This document shows positions 39,640 to 48,648 of a stretch of 64,000 nucleotides of DNA, one piece after another. Position 1 is the first letter of the stretch. Each line of letters opens with the position of its first letter. The notes beneath the pieces are model-generated. The model did not search any database. It was not told the DNA's origin and worked only from the letters and a program-made list of their open reading frames with translations. The translations under genes were made by a program, and so were the position numbers. This DNA comes from Candidatus Nomurabacteria bacterium GW2011_GWE1_32_28 (GTDB taxonomy: Bacteria > Patescibacteriota > Minisyncoccia > Phycocordibacterales > UBA9973), in the NCBI GenBank assembly GCA_000989515.1, contig LBOM01000003.1, positions 111,833 to 175,832 on the forward strand, written 5' to 3'.

Positions 39640-39647
39640 TTTAGTTT

Positions 39648-39778
39648 ACAATTCGTAATTGATTTTATTATATCATTCCTAATTACTAATTTGTAATTAG
39701 TTTCCCACTTTTTTGTATTTTCAATTCGTAATTTGTAATTGACTTCCACTCTTCTTTTTTTTCTAATTCGTAATTGAC
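39648..39778. repeat. Extended heptad repeat tract (~130 nt) between island genes
   Basis: caattcgtaattgatttt...cattcctaattactaatttgtaattag...tgtattttcaattcgtaatttgtaattgacttcc...ttctaattcgtaattgacc. Confidence 0.8.
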
Positions 39779-39781
39779 CTC

Positions 39782-40711
39782 CTATTGTTTTAATAAATAT
39801 TTTTCTAAATCTATTACAGCTTTTATTAGATCTTCACTGTATTTTTGATATTGAGAAAGTCCAGAAAGACCTATGATCGTATCATCTGCAATTTTTTCCA
39901 TATTAGAGACGCTTATTCCAGTATTATTGGAGCTATTTGCTATTTGTAGATGATAGTATTTTAAACTTTTTGGTACATTTGTTTTTATAACTTCTTTCGC
40001 AAAATTCTGATAAGAAATTGCTATTGTTGATAATTCGTTATATTTATCACCGTCATTTGATGTTTTACTTGAAGCAAGTCCGTTGCTTACAATGCTTAGC
40101 TCTCTTCCTATTCCTTCTGTTTGATATTTTTTAAATATTTTTTTTATATTTATGTAATATTCCTCTCTTGAGGTAGTGTCGTCTTTTTCATTTATTTTTA
40201 TATCTATTTCTGAATAACGATCAATCAAATTAGGGTCTATTATTTTTTGTCCCAAAGCATTGGAAAAGCTATCTATCGTATCTTTATCAACTTCCCCCGA
40301 TGATCTCATTGCATTATAACTAGTAAAGAATTGTCTAGCGAATTTTTCAGTTTCTGTTAATTTTGTTTCATTGATGCTTGTTTTTTGTTCTATATTTAAT
40401 TCTTTCTTTTTGTTTTCTATGTATGTTGCATCTGTCATGTCACCGAAAGTTATTTTTGTATTTTTATCTGTACCCCACAAAGCTTCTTCCCAATCAGCTA
40501 TGCCATCACCATCGGTATCATTTTGTATTAATTCTGAAATAGTCTGATTCTCTACTTTAAGTTTGGCTGAACTTTTTTTATTTTCAGTAAGAAAATTCTC
40601 ACCTGAAGATGACATAAAGAAAACTATAAAAACAATTATTCCTAAAATAACAATACCCACTGTTATTAATATAAATTTTTTACTTGGTAGATATTTAAAA
40701 TATTTTTGCAT
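39782..40711 (-). CDS. Membrane-anchored protein with a DxDGDG calcium-binding-like motif
   Basis: 309 aa. N-terminal TM. NDTDGDGIADWEEALWGTD is a thrombospondin-type-3/dockerin-like motif. Confidence 0.5.
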   Translation of the reverse strand: MQKYFKYLPSKKFILITVGIVILGIIVFIVFFMSSSGENFLTENKKSSAKLKVENQTISELIQNDTDGDGIADWEEALWGTDKNTKITFGDMTDATYIENKKKELNIEQKTSINETKLTETEKFARQFFTSYNAMRSSGEVDKDTIDSFSNALGQKIIDPNLIDRYSEIDIKINEKDDTTSREEYYINIKKIFKKYQTEGIGRELSIVSNGLASSKTSNDGDKYNELSTIAISYQNFAKEVIKTNVPKSLKYYHLQIANSSNNTGISVSNMEKIADDTIIGLSGLSQYQKYSEDLIKAVIDLEKYLLKQ

Positions 40712-40768
40712 TTTGATTAGTAATTAATTTATTTTTTATTCTCTTCTTTAAATTCCTGATTGATTTTT

Positions 40769-40800
40769 TTCTGTATTTTAAATTCGTAATTCGTAATTGA
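40769..40800. repeat. Heptad element with TTCTGTATTTTAAATTCG flank
   Basis: ttctgtattttaaattcgtaattcgtaattga. Confidence 0.85.
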
Positions 40801-40801
40801 C

Positions 40802-41194
40802 CTACCTGCTTGTTCCAAAAAGGTCTATTCTCTCTAGTGAGACCATTTTTGATGGCCCTGATTCATGAAAACAAGTTATTAATTCTATTCCCCCGTACCT
40901 ACCTAGTATGAGTTGCCCTGTTCTTAATGCATTTCCAGTTTTTGATATTGTGCTATATGGAATGAAGTAATTCATTGGTGTTCCAGGGGGTGAACCGATC
41001 GTTGAAATCGAGATCGAAGTACCAGGCACATAACAGAGATAGCCAGCACCTTCTAGTGTTTCTATCTCAATGGCTTTTGTGCTTAGTATCTTTCCTCCAA
41101 AAAATCCACCAAAAGAAGAATAAGCAAGAACTATTTTTGTTCCAATAAATAAAAATGAAATAGTTAGCAAAAATAAAATGATGCCTTTTTTCAT
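40802..41194 (-). CDS. Small secreted protein
   Basis: 130 aa with signal peptide MKKGIILFLLTISFLFIGTKIVLA. This is the start-proximal gene of the island. Confidence 0.45.
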   Translation of the reverse strand: MKKGIILFLLTISFLFIGTKIVLAYSSFGGFFGGKILSTKAIEIETLEGAGYLCYVPGTSISISTIGSPPGTPMNYFIPYSTISKTGNALRTGQLILGRYGGIELITCFHESGPSKMVSLERIDLFGTSR

Positions 41195-41226
41195 GTATAT
41201 ATTATAACAATATTAAAAGAACAGTG

Positions 41227-42174
41227 CTACTCTTTTTTGTTGATATCTATGATTTTTGTGAGATTGATCCAATCTGAGAGAGTTAAATTTTCTGCTCTTT
41301 TGTTTCCAAGAGATTCTAACTTAATCATCGAGTCAAGGGCGGAGGCAATTCCTCCGCCCTTGAGAAATGTTTTTAAATTTGAGGAGAGTTTTTTTCTTTT
41401 ATGGGCAAAGCCAGTATGTATTATTTCCCAAAATTTCTCTTCATTTAGTTTATTTTTGATAAAAATTTTTCTTGAGATGTTTTTTATAGCGATTATTGCG
41501 GAATCTACCTTTGGGGCAGGAGAAAAATACCTTGAAGGCACCTTCATAATTATTTTAGGGCTCCCATATGCCTTTACTGATATGGATAAAATACTTTCCT
41601 TGCCGTCGCGTGCGACTATTCTCTTTGCTACTTCGTTTTGTACCATCAAGATCATCATCTCTGGTTGTTCTTTTTCTGAAAGAAACTTTTTCAATATGGC
41701 ACCAGTTATATTATAGGGAATATTAGCGATAATTTTATAAGAAAAATAATGAGGAATATTATTTTTAAAACCACACATATTTCCCTGCTGGGAAATTGCT
41801 ATGCTCGGCTCGACAGCCTGCGCAATGCTTTTAAAAACAACATTCCTCATTATTTTTCTAATTTGTAATTTGTAATTTGTAATTTGTAATTTTAGTATGT
41901 CATCATTTATTAAAATTAATTTCTGGTTTTTTATTTCTTCAGAGAATTTAATTTTTAGAAGTTCATAAAGTTCGTAGTCTTTTTCTATGGCTACAACACA
42001 GCCTGCTTTTTCTAAAAGTTTTTCTGTTAAGGCACCCTTTCCGGGTCCTATTTCTAGTATAATATCTCGAGAAGAAACTTCTCCAGCCTCTACTATTTTT
42101 TTTAATGCGATAGTAGATTTTAAGAAATTTTGACCTAATGATTTTTTTGCTTTGTGTATTTTCTGCATTTTCAA
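41227..42174 (-). CDS. rsmA: 16S rRNA (adenine1518/1519-N6)-dimethyltransferase
   Basis: SLGQNFL...ILEIGPGKGALTEKL... is the KsgA family signature. It has two foreign in-frame segments: a palindrome at 41333-41363 (encodes LKGGGIASAL) and an (AATTTGT)n repeat at 41858-41892 (encodes LKLQITNYKLQI). Confidence 0.9.
   Translation of the reverse strand: MKMQKIHKAKKSLGQNFLKSTIALKKIVEAGEVSSRDIILEIGPGKGALTEKLLEKAGCVVAIEKDYELYELLKIKFSEEIKNQKLILINDDILKLQITNYKLQIRKIMRNVVFKSIAQAVEPSIAISQQGNMCGFKNNIPHYFSYKIIANIPYNITGAILKKFLSEKEQPEMMILMVQNEVAKRIVARDGKESILSISVKAYGSPKIIMKVPSRYFSPAPKVDSAIIAIKNISRKIFIKNKLNEEKFWEIIHTGFAHKRKKLSSNLKTFLKGGGIASALDSMIKLESLGNKRAENLTLSDWINLTKIIDINKKE
41333..41363 (-). repeat. 31-bp GC-rich palindrome inside ksgA
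   Basis: TCAAGGGCGGAGG-CAATT-CCTCCGCCCTTGA is a perfect 13-bp inverted repeat. Confidence 0.8.
41858..41892 (-). repeat. (AATTTGT)5 heptad tandem repeat, in-frame in ksgA
   Basis: ctaatttgtaatttgtaatttgtaatttgtaatttt. Confidence 0.8.
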
Positions 42175-42206
42175 TTCGTAATTCGTAATTCGTAATTGTT
42201 AATTTG
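42173..42206. repeat. Heptad repeat between uvrD end and ksgA start
   Basis: caattcgtaattcgtaattcgtaattgttaatttg begins immediately after the ksgA start codon. Confidence 0.8.
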
Positions 42207-42210
42207 TAGT

Positions 42211-44244
42211 TTATATATAAATTGTTTTTATTCCTCCTTCCTCACCTTCTTTCTCTAGTATATCACTTGGAATATCTGAAATAAATTCAGATGGAGCATT
42301 TATTTGTCTAGAGCCAAATATTGTACGGAAATTTGCAAATGATAAAAATAATTTTTCACGAGCTCTTGTGATTGCTACGTAAAAAAGTCTACGTTCTTCT
42401 TCTTTGTCTTCTCCATTTTTACTCTCATTATTTCTTCTGTGTGGAAAAAGTCCATCTTCTAATCCTGTAGTAAAAATATATTTAAATTCAAGACCTTTTG
42501 ATGCATGCACTGTCATTAATTTGACAGCATTTGTTTCTGTTTTTTTATTTTCAGCAATCATCATTGAGTCTTGATCTGAGGCTAATGACGCATCTTCTAA
42601 AAGTTTCTCTATTCCCAATCCGTCCTTTGAATTATCATATTTTAGAGCCAATGTTACTAATTCTTTTATGTTTTCTAATCTTTCCATGTCTTCTTCTGTG
42701 CCGGTTGAAAGCTCCGTCTCTATTCCAGATTTTTTTACTGCGAACCTAATGACTTCAGATGCTTTTGAACTTTTAATTTTTTCTTTTATTTCTTCTAATA
42801 TTTTATAAAAATTATCTATCTTTATTTTTACTTTTATTGGTAGATTTTCCTTTTCTCCAGAAAAAAGTTTTATCAATGTTACTTTCCCTATTCCCCTAAC
42901 AGGGAAATTTATTATTCTTTTTATTTCAGAAAGACTTTCAGGATTTAGTGCGCAACGTAAATAAGCGAGAGTATCTTTTATTTCTTTTCTTTCAAAAAAT
43001 TTAACACCCAAAACTTGGTATGGAATATTGTATCGTAGCAATGCTTCTTCTAGAGCGCGGGATTGAAAATTTGCACGATAGAGGATGGCAACGTCAGACA
43101 AAATTATGGATGCTACCTTAGAAGGGTCGCTGTCTAGGTCTGTTGACCTAGCGCTGCCTCTCGGCTCGTCAGCCTGCGAGACACCCTTCAAAGGTACATC
43201 CGTAATTTTGTCTAAAAGTTCTAAAATTTTTGTTGCGACGAAATCAGCTTCATCATTTTCATCTAATGCTTCATATAGTCCTATCTTCTCTCCAGTTTTA
43301 TTTTTGGTAAATAAATTTTTATCAGGCCTGTATACATTCTTTTTTATTACCTCATTTGCTGCCTCTAATATGTTTTGAGTTGATCTATAATTCTCTTCAA
43401 GTAATATTATTTTTGTTTCTTTTCCATAATCTTTTTCAAAACTTAAAATATTTTTTAAATTTGCTCCACGCCAAGAATAAATATTTTGATCGGCATCTCC
43501 AACTACACAAATATTTTTATTTTTTTCAGAAAGCAAACGTGACATCAAATATTGTACTTCATTTGTGTCTTGATATTCATCTATGTGTATGTATTCCCAT
43601 TTTTCTTGATAGATTTTTCTTATTTCTTCTTTTTCTTTTAATAGTTTTGTTGCTTTTAAAAGTAGATCATCAAAATCTAAAGAATTCTCTTTAGCTTTTT
43701 TCTTTTCATATAGGGCCCAGACTTGAGCTACTAGTTTACTTAAATAGTCATACACTTTTTCCTCATAATCTTTTAAATGTGTGAATTTACCTTTTTCTCT
43801 ACTTATTATATTTTTTATTTTTCTAGGATCATATTGTTTTGGATCTATTCCTAATTCTTTTAGTGATTCTTTGATCAATGTAGTGGAATCAGAATCATCT
43901 AATATTGTAAAATGTCTAGTAAGACCCAAAATATGGGCATTTTCTTTGATTATATAGACTCCTAGTGAGTGAAAAGTAGACACAAAAGGAACAGAATCTT
44001 GACCTTTTATATGTTTTTTTATTTCTGAAATTATTCGTTCACGCATTTCTTTTGCTGCCTTGTTTGTGAATGTCACAGCTAAGATTTTATCTGGAGATAT
44101 TCCATTTTTAATTAAATTCAATATTCTATGTGTTATTGTCTTCGTTTTTCCTGCACCAGCTCCAGCGACAATCAAAATAGGACCATTCATATGAATGGCA
44201 GCTTCTCTTTGCATAGCATTTAGTCCTTTTAAGTGTTCTTCCAT
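42211..44244 (-). CDS. uvrD: UvrD/PcrA-family ATP-dependent DNA helicase
   Basis: LNAMQREAAIHMNGPILIVAGAGAGKTKTITHRI... with helicase motifs I-VI. The start is taken at MEEHLKG (ATG 44242-44244) immediately after TATAAT. The ORF-track start is at 44268. It has a family-B GC-rich insertion at 43124-43188. Confidence 0.9.
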   Translation of the reverse strand: MEEHLKGLNAMQREAAIHMNGPILIVAGAGAGKTKTITHRILNLIKNGISPDKILAVTFTNKAAKEMRERIISEIKKHIKGQDSVPFVSTFHSLGVYIIKENAHILGLTRHFTILDDSDSTTLIKESLKELGIDPKQYDPRKIKNIISREKGKFTHLKDYEEKVYDYLSKLVAQVWALYEKKKAKENSLDFDDLLLKATKLLKEKEEIRKIYQEKWEYIHIDEYQDTNEVQYLMSRLLSEKNKNICVVGDADQNIYSWRGANLKNILSFEKDYGKETKIILLEENYRSTQNILEAANEVIKKNVYRPDKNLFTKNKTGEKIGLYEALDENDEADFVATKILELLDKITDVPLKGVSQADEPRGSARSTDLDSDPSKVASIILSDVAILYRANFQSRALEEALLRYNIPYQVLGVKFFERKEIKDTLAYLRCALNPESLSEIKRIINFPVRGIGKVTLIKLFSGEKENLPIKVKIKIDNFYKILEEIKEKIKSSKASEVIRFAVKKSGIETELSTGTEEDMERLENIKELVTLALKYDNSKDGLGIEKLLEDASLASDQDSMMIAENKKTETNAVKLMTVHASKGLEFKYIFTTGLEDGLFPHRRNNESKNGEDKEEERRLFYVAITRAREKLFLSFANFRTIFGSRQINAPSEFISDIPSDILEKEGEEGGIKTIYI
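43124..43188 (-). repeat. Family-B GC-rich element, in-frame in uvrD (encodes ...ADEPRGSARSTDLDSDPSK...)
   Basis: gggtcgctgtctaggtctgttgacctagcgctgcctctcggctcgtcagcctgcgagacaccc matches the reverse complement of the uvrB insertion at 2224-2298, apart from the internal mini-hairpin. Confidence 0.7.
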
Positions 44245-44319
44245 AATTATAATATTAGCACATAACAAAAATAGCCCACCATTTTTTATTATGAGTTATT
44301 TTTGAGTAAGTTTTTTAGA

Positions 44320-46704
44320 TTATTTTAATCTAAGGTCTTCTAATTTACCCATTTCTCCAGCTTTATGTAGTGCACGATTTACGTATTTGTGTACTGTTTC
44401 TGATGATTGAAAGAATGAGCCTTCTTTAGGTTTAAGTCCAGTTACTTCTTGTAGTTTATGTAAATAAGTATTTAATCCAGTAAGTTGTCCAGGATTTTCT
44501 GCTTTCAATACATCTCTTGCTGAAAGTCCTCCTTTTTCTAACCAATCACCTGATGGAAAAAGATGTTTAATATTTTTTATATATACATCTTGTCCGTGTT
44601 CTTCTACATTTTCAAAATTTGGTTTTACCTTATTGTTTTCAATTAAGGTTTTTTCTCCTGTATCAATAGAATTATTTTCTATATCTGGACCTGTTCCTGT
44701 GTTGTCTCCATATTCAATTATATTTGTATGATCTCCACTTACAGCTTCTTGTGTTTTATCTATCTGATTTAATATTTCTTGACCACTTCCAGTTTCAACA
44801 CTATTGTCTGTTGTTACACCACCATATTCCTCGGGTATGCTATCTAATGCTGAAGTATATCTTGTGGTGGTTGAAGTATTATGTGAATATTCATAAGGAC
44901 TATTTACTCCACCAGTCCCCGATGGTTTGCCTTCAAAATATTCTTGTATTGAGGGTTTTCCAGAAGCATCTATATCAAGCACATAAGCAGGGTTTCCTTT
45001 TGGTCCAGTTTCACCCATATCCTGCACCCATGATTCTGTTCCTCCCTTTATATATCCTTGATCTATCGCTATAAGATGTGCTTTTCCTCCAGACCATTCG
45101 TGAATTGCTGTTTTGTCTCCTATATCCCCATCGAATCCAAATTTTTCTGGACTCATTTCAAGTTGACGTCTAAGTACATGTTCTACCCCTTCTCCATTAC
45201 CTATTGTGGCTATTTTTAGGTCGTTTGGGTTTAGTTCTGGTCTAGATGTTTTTGGTAGTACTTCTGTTTCAGGTGGTATAACACCTCCTTCTTTATGTGG
45301 AGTATTTTCTGGTGTATCTGTTGTCATTCCTCCATGTGCGGGGAAAATACCAAGCATTCCTGGACCAGCAAGCCAATCTGCTGTCATCTGTGCACCCTTT
45401 CCTCCCGCCACACCAGCGACTACTGTACCAAGGACATTGTTTGCAATGAAATATTTTTTATCTCTACGTATTCTTTCTGAATATTTAGCACATAATTCAA
45501 TATTAAAGTCAGCTATTTTGCCTAGTATTTTTTCTCTTTCTGTTGGGTCTGTTTCGCCCCTTGAAAGTTCTTCAAAGTGGGTCATTTCTTTTGATGTAGT
45601 TGCTTCTTCTTGTTGAGCTTTTAATGTTTTAGCAGAATCATGCTCGTATGCTTTTCTTGCTATTGGTTGAAAAACTTTTTTTGAAAGAAAATAACCAAAT
45701 GTACCACCCATAAGACTACGTGCCATTTTATATCCTACAAAAGCTGCCGCACTAGCACCAGCTGCGACAGAAGCAGGAAGCCATAATGCAGTACCTGCTC
45801 CGATGATTGCAGCATTTAGTGCCATTCTTTTTCCTCTTCCCATTCCCATATATCCTTTTGACAATTTATTTTCAGATATTCCACCTATTCCTCTTTTGAA
45901 GAAATTCTTTACATGGTCCCACCCAGTTGGATTAAGTGCACTGTTTGAAGAAATTTTTGCATCTTGATATCGGATTGTTTCTGTTTGTATCATAGAAAGT
46001 GCAAAAAGTTCAGCATCTTCTGTCTTTTCTTTAAAATCCGCATGATCACGGTATTTTTCTAAGTTTATTAGTTGGCTATCTAGGTTTGCTATTTTGAGTT
46101 CACGAAGAAGCGGATTATAGTCATTATCTATAAGTCGTATTTCTCTTTTTATATTTTGAATTTGTTGATCATATTTAGCTTTTACTGTAGATATTTCTGC
46201 ATTTGGATTATCTCTCGCTGTTTTATATTCTTCCTTTATTCTTTTTAGGCGATCTTCAAGACCAAACATTTCATTTCTTTTTCCAGAAACATTAACAGCT
46301 GCTGTTATCTCTCTTTCAGAATGTTTTTCTTTCAGTTCAAGGAGAGCTCTTTCTTGTGCTATTTGTTGTTCTTCTGGTGTTTTATTAAAAAATGCAGCTG
46401 GGTTGTATTTACAGAAAATTTCTGCAGCATTTAAGAGCTCTTCACGAGAATATTGTTCTTTGTTTTCTTTTGTTTCTTTTTTGTCAGTATTATTTTCTTC
46501 TTTTGTAACTGTTTTGGTTTCTTCTGTTTCAGTTTCAATTACCTCTTTTATTTCTTTACCCTCAATATTGTTTTCTTTTTTCCATGCAATGTTTCCATCT
46601 ACTGCCAATGGCTGTTTTGATTTTTTATCATCTTGTACTAATTTTTCATTTTTAGGATTTGGTGTTATTCTATTTTTTGATTCTGGTATTTGTTCTTTTG
46701 GCAT
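44320..46704 (-). CDS. Hypothetical large protein (Lys/Glu-rich coiled-coil N-terminus, one central TM, Gly-rich C-terminal domain)
   Basis: 794-aa ORF with TM NAAIIGAGTALWLPASVAAGASAAAFVGY. Confidence 0.5.
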   Translation of the reverse strand: MPKEQIPESKNRITPNPKNEKLVQDDKKSKQPLAVDGNIAWKKENNIEGKEIKEVIETETEETKTVTKEENNTDKKETKENKEQYSREELLNAAEIFCKYNPAAFFNKTPEEQQIAQERALLELKEKHSEREITAAVNVSGKRNEMFGLEDRLKRIKEEYKTARDNPNAEISTVKAKYDQQIQNIKREIRLIDNDYNPLLRELKIANLDSQLINLEKYRDHADFKEKTEDAELFALSMIQTETIRYQDAKISSNSALNPTGWDHVKNFFKRGIGGISENKLSKGYMGMGRGKRMALNAAIIGAGTALWLPASVAAGASAAAFVGYKMARSLMGGTFGYFLSKKVFQPIARKAYEHDSAKTLKAQQEEATTSKEMTHFEELSRGETDPTEREKILGKIADFNIELCAKYSERIRRDKKYFIANNVLGTVVAGVAGGKGAQMTADWLAGPGMLGIFPAHGGMTTDTPENTPHKEGGVIPPETEVLPKTSRPELNPNDLKIATIGNGEGVEHVLRRQLEMSPEKFGFDGDIGDKTAIHEWSGGKAHLIAIDQGYIKGGTESWVQDMGETGPKGNPAYVLDIDASGKPSIQEYFEGKPSGTGGVNSPYEYSHNTSTTTRYTSALDSIPEEYGGVTTDNSVETGSGQEILNQIDKTQEAVSGDHTNIIEYGDNTGTGPDIENNSIDTGEKTLIENNKVKPNFENVEEHGQDVYIKNIKHLFPSGDWLEKGGLSARDVLKAENPGQLTGLNTYLHKLQEVTGLKPKEGSFFQSSETVHKYVNRALHKAGEMGKLEDLRLK

Positions 46705-46719
46705 ATTTTTATTTTAAAA

Positions 46720-47034
46720 TTATTTAACTTTTGCCAATAACATGGATTTATAATTTGCGACTTCTTCTTTCGCTAGATCTTCATAATTTGGTATCTCTTT
46801 TTTAATAAAATTTGCAATAGCTTCAGCATTTTCAGAGTCATTTTTTAATATATTTGCGAGTTCGTTTTGTTTTTCTTCACTTAGGCTTTCTATTATTTTG
46901 ATCCAAATACCTCGAGTGATTACATACCCGGCATCATCTAAAATAGTTTGTTTAATTTCTGGTTCAATATCTTCAAGATTAAGTTCTTTGAATAGGTCTG
47001 TGCTTAAAAGTTTTTCTATTTCTTTTTTATCCAT
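46720..47034 (-). CDS. Hypothetical small acidic protein
   Basis: 104-aa ORF, tightly linked downstream of 44320-46704. Confidence 0.4.
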   Translation of the reverse strand: MDKKEIEKLLSTDLFKELNLEDIEPEIKQTILDDAGYVITRGIWIKIIESLSEEKQNELANILKNDSENAEAIANFIKKEIPNYEDLAKEEVANYKSMLLAKVK

Positions 47035-47177
47035 ATATTTATATTTTTTATCTTAATTTTTAATAACTTTATTATAACACTACCCAAAAAAATGCCAAGC
47101 TTCTTTGAGATAAGAAGAAAAAGGGACTTTTTTAGGTCTAATTAGTACACATTGTTTAGTTTAATCTGTCAAATTAG

Positions 47178-47186
47178 TTATCCACA
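47178..47186 (+). promoter_or_regulatory. Perfect DnaA-box consensus TTATCCACA in the ~400-bp untranslated region upstream of the M23 peptidase gene
   Basis: Exact 9-mer. Same 15-mer context as 13034-13048. Confidence 0.4.
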
Positions 47187-47432
47187 TTTGAGTTGACTTG
47201 TGGCTCTCCTTGAGCTACCCTAATAGTATCCCTGGGCAAGAAGTATGGTACAAGTTAGCAGAATAAACAGAAATGACAGTAACCATCGTAAGAACCTTAT
47301 TCTACAGTACAATTCGGTCGTCCTGTAATTCTATCCTTATTTTAAAAGGCTAGAAAAGAAATCTTACGGTAATTAGTTTGTTTTATAAAACCTAAATTTA
47401 ACATATTCAGCTCTATTCTATCCTCTTTCATA

Positions 47433-48497
47433 TTGTTTGGAATGCTTTTTACGCCTATTGGCGCGAAGGCAAGTTTCTTATCTTCAATTTTAGGGAATGA
47501 GGTTTCTGCTGACACTGTTGAATCTATAAGTAGTGCTGAAATTGTAAATAATTCTCAAACCATAGCTCTTCTTCAGGCTGATGTTTCGTCTGCTTCATTT
47601 TTAGAAGAGAAAACAGCTGAAATAAAAGAAAGCATTAGTACAAATATTGTTTCTGAGAATGCTCTTTTGGCAACAGCCAGTCCGATGAGTCTATCAAGTG
47701 GACTTATGGAAGATAGTATTCCCTTTTCTGATCAGATGAGTGTATATGTGGTAAGAAAAGGAGATTCTATTTCTCAAATAGCTGAAATGTTTGGTGTTTC
47801 TGTAAATACTATACTTTGGGCTAACGATATGAAGAAAAACGACAAGCTGTCTCCTGATGATTTACTTTTTATCTTACCAATTTCTGGACTAGAGCATACT
47901 ATTACAAAAGGACAGACCTTAAATAGCATCGCCAAGCTCTACAAGGCAGATATTTCAGATATAGCTCGATTTAATGGTATTACAGAAGAAACGAAGCTTA
48001 ATATTGGAGATAAGATCATTGTTCCAGGTGGAGAAATATATGTTGATGGTCCTACTACTACACAAAAGACTACTTCAGTTAATAAAACATATCCAAAAAC
48101 ATCAGTTAAAAACCTAGCTGGATACTTTATTAATCCAGTCCCTGGTTATGTCAAAACTCAAGGACTTCATGGTAAAAACGCTGTAGATCTAGCTGCTCCA
48201 ATAGGCACACCTATATATGCTGCTGCTTCAGGAACAGTTTTGCTTGCACGTACTGGTTGGAATGGTGCTTATGGAAATATGGTAATCATTCAACATCCAA
48301 ATGGTACAAAAACCCTATATTCTCACCTTTCAAAATTAGGAAGTAAAACTGGCCAAGCTGTAAAACAAGGTGAAATAATAGGCTATGTTGGTAATACAGG
48401 ACGAGTAAGGCCATCTAAGGGTGGAAATGGAGCACATTTACACTTTGAAGTTTATAATGCAAAGAATCCTGGTGTTGATGGATCTTGGAAGTATTAA
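47433..48497 (+). CDS. LysM-domain M23 family peptidase
   Basis: Two LysM motifs (VYVVRKGDSISQIAEMFGVS..., HTITKGQTLNSIAKLYKADISDIARFNGI) and a C-terminal M23 domain (GLHGKNAVDLAAPIGTPIYAAASG...HLHFEV). Confidence 0.85.
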   Translation: MFGMLFTPIGAKASFLSSILGNEVSADTVESISSAEIVNNSQTIALLQADVSSASFLEEKTAEIKESISTNIVSENALLATASPMSLSSGLMEDSIPFSDQMSVYVVRKGDSISQIAEMFGVSVNTILWANDMKKNDKLSPDDLLFILPISGLEHTITKGQTLNSIAKLYKADISDIARFNGITEETKLNIGDKIIVPGGEIYVDGPTTTQKTTSVNKTYPKTSVKNLAGYFINPVPGYVKTQGLHGKNAVDLAAPIGTPIYAAASGTVLLARTGWNGAYGNMVIIQHPNGTKTLYSHLSKLGSKTGQAVKQGEIIGYVGNTGRVRPSKGGNGAHLHFEVYNAKNPGVDGSWKY

Positions 48498-48525
48498 ATA
48501 TCTAAATAAAAAATATAAAATAAAA

Positions 48526-48560
48526 AATACCCCCGACTACTACTGTCGGGGGTATTTTTT
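48526..48560 (+). terminator. Rho-independent terminator after the M23 peptidase gene
   Basis: TACCCCCGAC-TACTACT-GTCGGGGGTA followed by TTTTTT. Confidence 0.8.
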
Positions 48561-48648
48561 AAGTTGTTTATTTTAAAAACTAGAGCTTAATAATATCATT
48601 TAACTAATACGTGAACATAATTATACATATAATATTATTATTGTATTG

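Noticed and set aside
22683-41194. Recently acquired ICE/prophage with distinct base composition
   Set aside because: The island is as AT-rich as the core genes. No integrase, relaxase, coupling protein or flanking direct repeats or att sites were found. xerD at 54125 is distant and looks like the chromosomal dimer-resolution recombinase.
22581-42206. CRISPR array hypothesis for the recurring AATTCGT tracts
   Set aside because: The units are 7 nt in direct tandem with no unique spacers. Tracts are short and scattered, and no cas genes are present. This is not a CRISPR architecture.
47035-47432. tmRNA, RNase P RNA or SRP RNA in the long intergenic region
   Set aside because: None of the conserved cores was found by eye: AGGUCCGGAAGGAAGCAGC for SRP, GGAAAGUCCGGGCUCC for RNase P, and the tRNA-like 3' end with ...UCCACCA for tmRNA.
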